Positions 27,802 through 35,877 are shown, counted from the first letter of the stretch. The stretch: 64,000 nt of DNA from a virus (IMGVR_UViG_3300048592_001371:32001-96000), one strand, 5' to 3'. Made by a program: numbers and translations. The notes: generated by a model from the sequence alone, not told the origin.

Positions 27802-28805
27802 AACTCCTCAGCTACCACAACAATCCGATGTTCAAGAACAGGACGTTGAATACATTCTTCAACGTGCTCAACGTCGAGGCACCTATGTCTAGGTGTTCTT
27901 ACCAAGGATGCAATGTCCTACCTGTTCATCACTTGTTGCCTCCAATGTCGGAGTATGCAATACGTGTCGTTTCGCAGCCGGGTGCCGAGCTGGAGACGAT
28001 AGTCGAAGCAAGGGTGCGCGAGCTGGTCAACGAAGCACGCCAATTTGATCTGCCAATTCACCTCAAGTACTCTGGTGGTTTGGACAGCCTGCTCGTGCTG
28101 CTCATGTTACATAGGTGTGACGCGGATTTCGTTGTCTATCTGACTCCCGATTCCATCAAAGAGAACCAAGACGTATTCAAGAGATATGTCTCGAACCGAG
28201 ATTTCAAACACGTCAATTGTCCTAGTCTGTTCGACGGACTGATAATTTCAGGAGACGGGGCCGATGCTCTGTTCATAGACATGCTGGCAACAAGCGTAGT
28301 TTCCAAACACGGAGAGACGTCCTTGGATTGGAAATGGGAAGAAGGCTTTGTGAAAGGCATGTACGGAACGGAACAAGAGAACAACGAAGTGCTCGAATTG
28401 CTCTTTCCCGCTCTCGACGAATGTCCTTGGGAGGTAGAGACAGTTCGGGACTTCTTCGCTTGGACTGGCCTAGCGATCTTCTACCAGCACGAGACGTATC
28501 GTTGGCTTCCGACCATGCCTAATCCGGCAGAGAATTTCGCGCGCTTCCGACCGTTCTTTCCAACGAAGGATTTCGTCGAATGGTCTTTGGGACAGGAAAC
28601 GAAGGCCAAGTTTCCGAGCTTCACCGATTACAAACCGGCATTTAGGAAGCTGTGCGAAAAGCTAACGGGTCTTGACTTTTCCTACATGCGGAAAGACTTT
28701 TCGCTGTGGAAGACCGTAGCAGGTAATCGTCTGCATCCCGGTGTCAAAGATGATCTCTCGATTGCAACTATCGAAGAAATAGAACAGGCCGCTATCTATC
28801 CATGA
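27798..28805 (+). CDS. Asparagine-synthetase-like PP-loop ligase
   Basis: LKYSGGLDS and GDGADALF; tandem paralogue of 26162 with the same 335-aa length. Confidence 0.8.
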   Translation: MKLLSYHNNPMFKNRTLNTFFNVLNVEAPMSRCSYQGCNVLPVHHLLPPMSEYAIRVVSQPGAELETIVEARVRELVNEARQFDLPIHLKYSGGLDSLLVLLMLHRCDADFVVYLTPDSIKENQDVFKRYVSNRDFKHVNCPSLFDGLIISGDGADALFIDMLATSVVSKHGETSLDWKWEEGFVKGMYGTEQENNEVLELLFPALDECPWEVETVRDFFAWTGLAIFYQHETYRWLPTMPNPAENFARFRPFFPTKDFVEWSLGQETKAKFPSFTDYKPAFRKLCEKLTGLDFSYMRKDFSLWKTVAGNRLHPGVKDDLSIATIEEIEQAAIYP

Positions 28806-29908
28806 CCGCAAATCTTCTCGATATGTACAAGCCCTTCGTCGAGGACTATCAAGGACCGTGTCTTGTCATCGACCGGGCCTCGATTTTCGAGCGCATAAAA
28901 CGCTTCCTTCGCGCGGTGCCGAACGTCCTCCCGTATTATGCAATGAAGGCGAACCCGCATCCCGGTGTTCTACAGACGGTTTCGGACGCGGGTATAAACT
29001 TTGACGTTGCCTCGGCAGACGAGATTCTCTTGCTGGAGCGTACTGGTCTGAACGTGCGTCATGTGCTGTTCAGCAATCCTGTCAAGAAACCAAGCGACAT
29101 CGCTTACGCAGCTTGGAATGGCATTCAGAACTATGCAATAGATAGCCAAGAGGAAATGTTCAAGATACTGTCTATCGTGCCGCACGCCAAGATGTACGTT
29201 CGTTTGTCTTTGCCACCCAGCACCGCGGATTCCCCACTCAATGACAAATTCGGTATTGACTTGTATGAGCTAGAAGGCCTGCTCCGGATAGCTAAAACGG
29301 TCAAGGCGGACATCTGTGGAGTAACATTCCACGTTGGCTCTCAATGTCGCTATCTCGACAGTTGGGGAGACGCTATAGGAATTGCTCTCAAAGCCGGCGA
29401 GATGCTTCTGCGCGAAGGCTTTCGGTTCGAGTTGCTCAACCTGGGTGGCGGCTTTCCCGTTTCCTACACGCGTCCAATACCTGAGATCGAAGACATTGGT
29501 CTGGTGCTGGATAGGCTGTTGCAAGATCTGCCGAAAGAAACACGAGTGGTTGCCGAGCCGGGACGACACCTGGTTGCGGAATCAGGCATGCTGATCTGCC
29601 AAGTAATAGCAACCTCTACGAGGAAGGGTACTCGTTGGGCCTACTTGGATGTCGGTACATACAACGGATTGGTAGAAACGATCCAAGGCGTTGAGTGTAA
29701 TTTCTGCTATACGCAAGAAGGCGACACGGATCTTTGGAATGTAGCGGGTCCAACGTGTGATTCAAACGACATCATGTCTAAGAGGGTCCGTCTACCCCGG
29801 AATCTGGCAACTGGAGATTTTCTCTATGTGCCGAATGCCGGGGCCTATTCGGTAGCCAGTGCAAGTACATTCTGCGGAGCACACATTCCGGAGGTTATCC
29901 TATTGTGA
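28802..29908 (+). CDS. Type III PLP-dependent ornithine/lysine decarboxylase
   Basis: YAMKAN (PLP lysine), FDVAS, DKFG, FHVGSQ, LNLGGGF, AEPGR, GPTCDSND and GAY motifs. Confidence 0.92.
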   Translation: MTANLLDMYKPFVEDYQGPCLVIDRASIFERIKRFLRAVPNVLPYYAMKANPHPGVLQTVSDAGINFDVASADEILLLERTGLNVRHVLFSNPVKKPSDIAYAAWNGIQNYAIDSQEEMFKILSIVPHAKMYVRLSLPPSTADSPLNDKFGIDLYELEGLLRIAKTVKADICGVTFHVGSQCRYLDSWGDAIGIALKAGEMLLREGFRFELLNLGGGFPVSYTRPIPEIEDIGLVLDRLLQDLPKETRVVAEPGRHLVAESGMLICQVIATSTRKGTRWAYLDVGTYNGLVETIQGVECNFCYTQEGDTDLWNVAGPTCDSNDIMSKRVRLPRNLATGDFLYVPNAGAYSVASASTFCGAHIPEVILL

Positions 29909-30429
29909 ATCATGGACGCGTACTGTGGCTGACAGGTTTGAGTGGGTCGGGCAAGACCACTCTGGCTTGGGCACTTGACGAATTCCTACAACGCAAAGGA
30001 ATTGCTACTTCTGTCATCGACGGAGACGAGATACGCAAAACCCTGTGTAAGGATCTGGGGTATACGGCGGAGGACAGAACAGAGAACCAGCGGCGCATCG
30101 CAGGACTGGCGAGAAAACAAGCCGATCTCGACCTCACAGTAATCGTGGCCACCATCAGCCCGAGATTCAAACATCGGGTACTGGCCGAAGAGATAATCCA
30201 CCCGATCGACTTCTACGAAATCTACCTAGCCACTCCCCTCGAAGAATGCGAGAGGCGCGATCCGAAAGGGATGTACGCCAAAGCCAGAAGAGGGGAGATC
30301 AGTGCCTTCACCGGAGTTACCGATCCGTATGAGGAACCCGAACACCCCGATGTGAAAATCCCTCCGTCTTTCTCCCTCCGAGAAGCACTTCAAGCAATCG
30401 AACGGTCTGTCCGTTTCACGATTCTCTAG
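29905..30429 (+). CDS. cysC: Adenylyl-sulfate (APS) kinase
   Basis: LWLTGLSGSGKTT, DGDEIR..L..DLGY...DR.EN..R, RDPKGMY.KA..GEI..FTG..DPYE.P. Confidence 0.95.
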   Translation: MNHGRVLWLTGLSGSGKTTLAWALDEFLQRKGIATSVIDGDEIRKTLCKDLGYTAEDRTENQRRIAGLARKQADLDLTVIVATISPRFKHRVLAEEIIHPIDFYEIYLATPLEECERRDPKGMYAKARRGEISAFTGVTDPYEEPEHPDVKIPPSFSLREALQAIERSVRFTIL

Positions 30430-30450
30430 TCTCTCACTAATTTCCCTTTG

Positions 30451-30536
30451 CGTTGCATTGAGTCTCCATTCACCACCCCTCCTCCTCTTGGTGTGGTTTT
30501 AAGGCCGGCCGGACTTTGTCTTACCGGCCTTCTTTC
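30451..30536 (+). ncRNA. Candidate small RNA with a CCUCCUCC loop and terminator
   Basis: Follows CTAATTT; hairpin CACC-CCTCCTCCTCTT-GGTG, then an AAGGCCGG/CCGGCCTT stem with a T-rich tail. Confidence 0.35.
30501..30536 (+). terminator. Intrinsic terminator closing the enzyme cluster
   Basis: AAGGCCGG (30501-8) pairs with CCGGCCTT (30524-31), followed by CTTTCT. Confidence 0.6.
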
Positions 30537-30552
30537 TGCTGTCCGTTCCGGA

Positions 30553-30566
30553 ACAATAATTTAAGA
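30553..30566 (+). promoter_or_regulatory. Putative phage late promoter ACAATAATTTAAGA
   Basis: Identical to 8794-8807. Confidence 0.55.
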
Positions 30567-30605
30567 CTGTAGAGCAAAATCCCATTTTTGGTAGAAAGGA
30601 CCGAT

Positions 30606-31001
30606 ATGCTCAAGGGTATACTCGAGACACTAACGCCGCCCCAAGTGAAGATAGCTATCTTCGGGTTGCTGTCTTTGGCAATGATTGGCCTGTTGCTTGG
30701 CGTGTACTTCTACGGACGACACGACGGAGCAGCGGCCAACGAAGTGAAGTGGCAGAAATGGCAAGCGGAATACTTCGAAGAACTGAAGGAGAAGATCGAA
30801 GGTGTGCAAAAGTACGCTTCCGAACAAACGGCCGAAGTCAAGAAGGGAACCGCGTCCACGAACGCACGAGTGAATACCGTGCTTGAAGAAATTCGCAAGA
30901 AGGGACCGACGGTAATCTACGACGCGGAGAAAAAGGCCTGCGAATTCAAACCCGGGTTTCAGTTGAACTGGTCAACCATCAATAAGGAGGCCAACAAATG
31001 A
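30606..31001 (+). CDS. Inner-membrane spanin (Rz-like)
   Basis: Single N-terminal TM helix followed by a helical periplasmic region; overlaps a downstream lipoprotein gene. Confidence 0.7.
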   Translation: MLKGILETLTPPQVKIAIFGLLSLAMIGLLLGVYFYGRHDGAAANEVKWQKWQAEYFEELKEKIEGVQKYASEQTAEVKKGTASTNARVNTVLEEIRKKGPTVIYDAEKKACEFKPGFQLNWSTINKEANK

Positions 31002-31261
31002 GACTCCTCGGAATAGTCCTTGTGCTGTCTTTGACGGCCTGTGGTGGTAATCCTCTGAAAGATTTGGGTAGTGGCGCTATCGAGATAGACAGCTACCTAC
31101 TGGAAGAGTGTCCAGCCCTCGAAGAAACTGTTGTCATCAAGGACGAGACCCAGCTGTGGGAAGTGAAGGTACGAGAAACCAAACAGTATGCGGAGTGCAG
31201 AAAGAAGCAGAAAGGTTTGGCGAACGTAGTGAAGAAGGCTTTCAACCTCGAAAAGAAGTAA
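30998..31261 (+). CDS. Outer-membrane spanin lipoprotein (Rz1-like)
   Basis: Signal peptide with lipobox LTAC; further Cys residues (LLEECP, YAEC). Confidence 0.75.
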   Translation: MRLLGIVLVLSLTACGGNPLKDLGSGAIEIDSYLLEECPALEETVVIKDETQLWEVKVRETKQYAECRKKQKGLANVVKKAFNLEKK

Positions 31262-31271
31262 CGGAGGCTAA

Positions 31272-31637
31272 GTGGAAACGCCACATATCGACATCACCAA
31301 GAACGCAACGTGGTTGCGTTCTTTCTCATTAACGGACAACCTCGGAAGACCTTTCGGTAACTCCAATTGGGACTTGTCCTTCGCACTTCTCGATTCGCGC
31401 GATCCGAACGTGGTCTTGCTTGCTGTTGACAAGGCCTCCGGTCGTTGCTGGTGGGACGGACAAAACACCGTGATGGTCTCGCTACCGGATGAAGTGACGA
31501 ATGCGCTTCAGGTCCCTCAGGCGAGATTCTACCTCAAAGTGATTTCCAACGATCCTGTGATCGACCCTACCGGGTACGGAAGAATCGTCTGTAATGGCGT
31601 CCTTAACATCAACCCAGCGGCTCCAGCGCCGCATTAA
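31272..31637 (+). CDS. Hypothetical structural (Ig-like) protein
   Basis: GGAGG RBS with GTG start; beta-rich. Confidence 0.55.
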   Translation: METPHIDITKNATWLRSFSLTDNLGRPFGNSNWDLSFALLDSRDPNVVLLAVDKASGRCWWDGQNTVMVSLPDEVTNALQVPQARFYLKVISNDPVIDPTGYGRIVCNGVLNINPAAPAPH

Positions 31638-31649
31638 CGGAGAGAAAGA

Positions 31650-32483
31650 ATGGGAACAGTCTACGCACCCGATCCTTTGATTAACGTGTCGCTGGGCTTT
31701 GGCGGCGGAGGAAGCGGAAGTGGTAGTGGCAGCTGTGGCTGCTCTTCCTCTTCGATCTACGCTCTGTGCCCGGCCAACGCGGGGAACGGTCTCGCCAATA
31801 ACCCTCCAGGAGTCAATCCTATGCAAGCTGCTGCAATCGTCTATGTGCCGGCGTTCAAAGCCGTGGCCATGGGAACCAATGGTGTTACGTTGGCGGACAA
31901 TACAAATCCGGCACACCGTGATGTTGTCCTCGGCCTGTCAGACAACAACTATACGCCGGGCGCGATGGTGAACATCTTCCACGGTGGTCCCATCACCAAT
32001 CCGATCCCCGGTGTGGGTGGCTGGAACTGGGTCGTGAACGATCCGATCTGGCTGCAAGCCAACGGCGATCTGGCCCAGACTCTTCCGCCAAGCGGCTTCC
32101 TACAGAAGATGGGCTTCGCTCTGTCTTCCAATACGATGATGATTCGACTTGGAGACAGCGAAAGCGTTCCGACAGTCGTGGCATACCCGTATGCAGCTAC
32201 GATCAACTTTGATTGCCGCGCCGCTGACGTGGGTGACATCACACTCACGGGCCCCGCTACTCTCAACTTCACAGGTGGCGAAGACGGTCAAGAAGTGTAT
32301 GTCCGAGCCACGCAGGACGCCGTTGGCAGTCAAGTCCTCACATGGGGCGCTATGGTTGCATTCCCGGGTGGCATTCCTCCTGGCCAGACAGCAACTGCTC
32401 TGCGTACAGACGTCTATCGTCTGCAGTACAACGCTGCCCTTACCAAGTATGTCGTGATCGACGCCGACCTCGACCTGGCCTAA
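31650..32483 (+). CDS. Structural fibre/decoration protein with the shared fibre C-terminal domain
   Basis: W.W....PIWL..NG.L.Q..P..GFLQ..G.A.S motif and C-terminal ATQDAVGSQVLTW...FPGG..P...RTDV. Confidence 0.65.
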   Translation: MGTVYAPDPLINVSLGFGGGGSGSGSGSCGCSSSSIYALCPANAGNGLANNPPGVNPMQAAAIVYVPAFKAVAMGTNGVTLADNTNPAHRDVVLGLSDNNYTPGAMVNIFHGGPITNPIPGVGGWNWVVNDPIWLQANGDLAQTLPPSGFLQKMGFALSSNTMMIRLGDSESVPTVVAYPYAATINFDCRAADVGDITLTGPATLNFTGGEDGQEVYVRATQDAVGSQVLTWGAMVAFPGGIPPGQTATALRTDVYRLQYNAALTKYVVIDADLDLA

Positions 32484-32484
32484 G

Positions 32485-32928
32485 ATGGAACTGAAACTTA
32501 CCAGATTAACCTTTACGGACAAGAGTACCATCAGCGAGTTGTCGGTTGATGGGAAATATCAGTGCTACGTGCTGGAGGACGTTGTCCGTGAGGGTCCTAA
32601 GGTGTACGGCCAAACAGCTATCCCGTATGGCCGTTACAAGATCGACGTTACGTACTCGAATCGGTTCAAGCGCGATCTTCCTTTGCTGCTCGAAGTTCCC
32701 AATTTCGAGGGTATTCGAATCCATCCAGGAAACTCTCCGCAGAACACGGAAGGTTGTTTGCTTCCAGGTAGGACAAGTGGCCTAAATTGGGTAGGTGAAA
32801 GCCGGGCTGCCTTCAATGAACTGTTCGACAAAATAGATCGAGCGGTCGAGAACGACGAGGAAGTGTGGATTACCGTAGTAGACGGTCGAGAAGTGAACGA
32901 TCCTTCTGCTGAATCAAACTTTGCGTAA
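32485..32928 (+). CDS. DUF5675-family protein, candidate cell-wall enzyme
   Basis: LED...K.YGQTAIPYGRY...LLEVPNFEGIRIHPGN...TEGCLLPG motif. Confidence 0.75.
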   Translation: MELKLTRLTFTDKSTISELSVDGKYQCYVLEDVVREGPKVYGQTAIPYGRYKIDVTYSNRFKRDLPLLLEVPNFEGIRIHPGNSPQNTEGCLLPGRTSGLNWVGESRAAFNELFDKIDRAVENDEEVWITVVDGREVNDPSAESNFA

Positions 32929-32937
32929 GGAGCAAAC

Positions 32938-33387
32938 ATGCCAGGACCTATTCTCCCATCGGATTTCGTGCCTTACGGTTATCCCAAAGGGCCAGATTTT
33001 AACCTGCCAAGCAATGGCAGTATGCCTCCCAATAGCGTCCAGCCGTTGCGCGATCCGTACCGGGTAGGTCTGACGGCATTCGTCGATAACCTCGTCGAGC
33101 AGTATTCGGATGGCTCGCGAGACTATCTCTTCGTACTCAATAGGCAGTCAGTACCGGAAGTGGAAGCGTTGATAGTCCTCAGCGCTGTTCCTACGGTCGC
33201 CAAATTCACGTTGTCCAATACGGACTTGGTGATGCGTGACCTCGAACTGGTCGAAGCGTCGTCTCCGGTTGCCAATTGTCTGTGGCAGGACCTTCCCGGT
33301 GGTCTGGTAACTCGTTACGAGGTTCCCCGAGGAACGCGGGCTGTTCTGTTGCATTACACCGGCTGGGCCAACATCACTCAAGTATAA
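32938..33387 (+). CDS. Hypothetical (probably structural) protein
   Basis: AGGAG RBS; 149 aa. Confidence 0.6.
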   Translation: MPGPILPSDFVPYGYPKGPDFNLPSNGSMPPNSVQPLRDPYRVGLTAFVDNLVEQYSDGSRDYLFVLNRQSVPEVEALIVLSAVPTVAKFTLSNTDLVMRDLELVEASSPVANCLWQDLPGGLVTRYEVPRGTRAVLLHYTGWANITQV

Positions 33388-33397
33388 GGATTAGGAA

Positions 33398-35074
33398 GTG
33401 CCAATCAAAGTCTTGAGACCGCAGAAGCGGCTGGCAATCGAATTCATAGAAGTGCTGTACGTGACGGCGGCGTACTTCCACAACTATGCAAAGAACGGGG
33501 AAGGCACGATCCCGAAGGAACTTGTTCCTAAGGTTCGTCAATGGGCACCAGAAGCAGTTTCCTTTCTAAGGAAGCATTCTGTTCCCATTCGCAACTTCCA
33601 GAAGTGGGTCAACTCGATTGTCAGCGGTACGTACCAGAACGAGGACGGGTTGGTCGTACTGGCCGATTTCTTCAAAGACCTGCGCAGCGGTTTTCGGAAC
33701 ATCCAGCGTGATCCTGAAGTGACGCACAACGAAATCGCCGTCATGAAAGCCTTGCGAGGCTGGATAAAGTCGGGTCGTGCAAGCGCCTATCGCAATCTCC
33801 AGAAGGGTATTGGCCTGCTCCAGCTCGATCCTTCCATCGTCAGCGTCTTCCGTACTGAGTCGGGCTCGCAGGAACCAATTCGGAAACAACTCAAACCCTT
33901 GGTCAAGTTGTTCACAGGACGCGAGAACACAAACATGACGCTCGAAGAGCGCATGAAGGCCAAGGACAAGAATCGGGACAAGTACCGCGAGTTCTTGAAA
34001 CTGCGAAAGGCACTTGTCGACGTCTACAACAACGAACTAAGAAACTACGTCCGAGACAGGAATGGCAAGCCGCAACCGGTCGCCGAAGTGAAACGCCACA
34101 TGCAATCGAACGGTATCGAGGATCGGTTGCCAGATGGCTTTGCAGGACTGGTGGACGAACACAGCGTCCTCTATACCTCTGGTGGGAAACCGATCGACGG
34201 GTACGTAGATCGTCCTGTCAAGATGAACCCCTCCTACGATCCCGATAAGGACGACCAGTACGTTTTCACGGCTGTTACGGACGCAGGTGCGACGCAGCAC
34301 TTCTACACTACGACGTACCGGGAGCAGAAAAAGACAGAGAAGTACTCCAACGTCGCCGATCTTATCAACCGCTCAGAAGTCATTCGCAAGAAGTGGTTGA
34401 AGGATCTGAAATCGGATGAGGAAACTCGGTACATCCCAGCTGCGATGATGGAGATCGTGTATCTCACAGCGCAGCGAATTGGCACTCCGGGCAATAAGGC
34501 CGGCGGACAAGCGACCTACGGTCTGTCTACTTTGCTAGTAGGGCACGTCAAGAAGCGTGGGAACAGCATCCTGTTCGATTACCTAGGAAAAGATGGAGTG
34601 CGGCATAAGCACATGATCAAAGCCGAGACGCTGGAAACAAAACGTATCGTGCAAATCATCACGGAGCTCATGGCCGGCAAGAAACGTGCCGATCCCTTGT
34701 TCACTACCGGGACGCGCGATTACAATGCTCGGATGATCAATTCGTACTTCCGTCGTTTAGCGGGAAGCAAGGTACATATCCACAACATCCGTCACATGCG
34801 CGGTACAAAACTGGCTTCCGAAATTCTGGAGAACTCACCATTACTGTCACGCAAAGTTGCGGTCCAGCAGACGGAAGCAGAGCGCTGGTTCAAACAAGCC
34901 ATGACAAAGGTCGGATCCCTCCTGGGACATGTGCGGGGTGTCGGAACTCTACAAAAGATCACCCCCGGCACTGCGATCAAAAGCTATATCGATCCCGAGC
35001 TGTCGCGTGACTTCTTCCGCAAGCTAAACCTGAGGATTCCGAAATGGCTCATGACCAAGAACGCAGGGGCGTAA
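33398..35074 (+). CDS. DNA topoisomerase IB with a long N-terminal extension
   Basis: The catalytic pentad is recognisable: RIG, TYGLSTL, FDYLGKDG, HNIRH, LGH and KSYIDP. Confidence 0.85.
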   Translation: MPIKVLRPQKRLAIEFIEVLYVTAAYFHNYAKNGEGTIPKELVPKVRQWAPEAVSFLRKHSVPIRNFQKWVNSIVSGTYQNEDGLVVLADFFKDLRSGFRNIQRDPEVTHNEIAVMKALRGWIKSGRASAYRNLQKGIGLLQLDPSIVSVFRTESGSQEPIRKQLKPLVKLFTGRENTNMTLEERMKAKDKNRDKYREFLKLRKALVDVYNNELRNYVRDRNGKPQPVAEVKRHMQSNGIEDRLPDGFAGLVDEHSVLYTSGGKPIDGYVDRPVKMNPSYDPDKDDQYVFTAVTDAGATQHFYTTTYREQKKTEKYSNVADLINRSEVIRKKWLKDLKSDEETRYIPAAMMEIVYLTAQRIGTPGNKAGGQATYGLSTLLVGHVKKRGNSILFDYLGKDGVRHKHMIKAETLETKRIVQIITELMAGKKRADPLFTTGTRDYNARMINSYFRRLAGSKVHIHNIRHMRGTKLASEILENSPLLSRKVAVQQTEAERWFKQAMTKVGSLLGHVRGVGTLQKITPGTAIKSYIDPELSRDFFRKLNLRIPKWLMTKNAGA

Positions 35075-35075
35075 G

Positions 35076-35600
35076 ATGCCGTACAAGATAACGAACCTGA
35101 CACGCGAACGGCTCACGATCGATCAATTGCGTCTGCTACCTGGTATCGAAGCAAGCGTTGATGATCTGTCTGACAACCTAACGAGTGCCTGGCACAAGCA
35201 GTTGATCTACATCGATCCGCCTCCGGGTTCCGGCGGACCAGCAGTGATGAACGTGAACGTGGTGAATACGAGTGCCAATCCGGTTCCGATCATCGCGCCC
35301 GTCAGTGGACTCGCAATACGTCTGCCGAATGCAACTCCAGATGTGAACTACTTTGACATCACGACGACACCTACCCAAGTTCTACCGGCAAATGCGAACC
35401 GCAAGTCTCTGTTCCTTGAGAACACATCGGGCAACCGGACAGTGTGGCTGGCTTACTCAAGTGCCGAATGTCTGGTCGATGAGTGTATCAAGCTGCCGCC
35501 GAATTACTACTACGAGGTACGGTTGCATGTCCCGACCTTGGAGCTCTGGTTGAGAACAACGACAGGTACTGCCCGCGTCATCATAGAGGAGGGGACATGA
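35076..35600 (+). CDS. Hypothetical structural protein
   Basis: LPANANRKSLFLEN.S...VWL motif seen in phage virion proteins. Confidence 0.6.
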   Translation: MPYKITNLTRERLTIDQLRLLPGIEASVDDLSDNLTSAWHKQLIYIDPPPGSGGPAVMNVNVVNTSANPVPIIAPVSGLAIRLPNATPDVNYFDITTTPTQVLPANANRKSLFLENTSGNRTVWLAYSSAECLVDECIKLPPNYYYEVRLHVPTLELWLRTTTGTARVIIEEGT

Positions 35601-35601
35601 T

Positions 35602-35865
35602 ATGCCGATGGGGCCTATTGACTACTCGGGACTCGGAGGAGACACGAATGGCATCTGGGTAGCGCAAGACATGCCCACCGGAGCAACCGATGGAGTGAAT
35701 ACTGTGTTTGTGCTCACAGATTTGCCCAAAACGGACTCCGAAATCATTCGCAAGAACGGACTGGTTCTTGTTCGGAACTGGGACTACACAATCGTTGGGA
35801 ATACGCTTACGATCATGACACCGCCTCTCCCGACAGACTACATCACCGCTTCATACTTCAAATAG
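35602..35865 (+). CDS. Small structural repeat-domain protein
   Basis: PTG..DGVNTVF.L...NGL...DYTI.G.T domain, also found at the C-terminus of 35878..37200. Confidence 0.6.
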   Translation: MPMGPIDYSGLGGDTNGIWVAQDMPTGATDGVNTVFVLTDLPKTDSEIIRKNGLVLVRNWDYTIVGNTLTIMTPPLPTDYITASYFK

Positions 35866-35877
35866 GAGTAAGTAACC

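Noticed and set aside
14536-28805. PP-loop proteins as the missing QueC
   Set aside because: They lack the QueC C-terminal Zn-binding cysteines, three have AsnB-type GxxxDxLF motifs, and they lie far from queD/queE.
13060-30600. A dedicated short RiPP precursor peptide gene
   Set aside because: The intergenic gaps are tiny and I saw no short ORF with an RBS; a precursor outside the window cannot be excluded.
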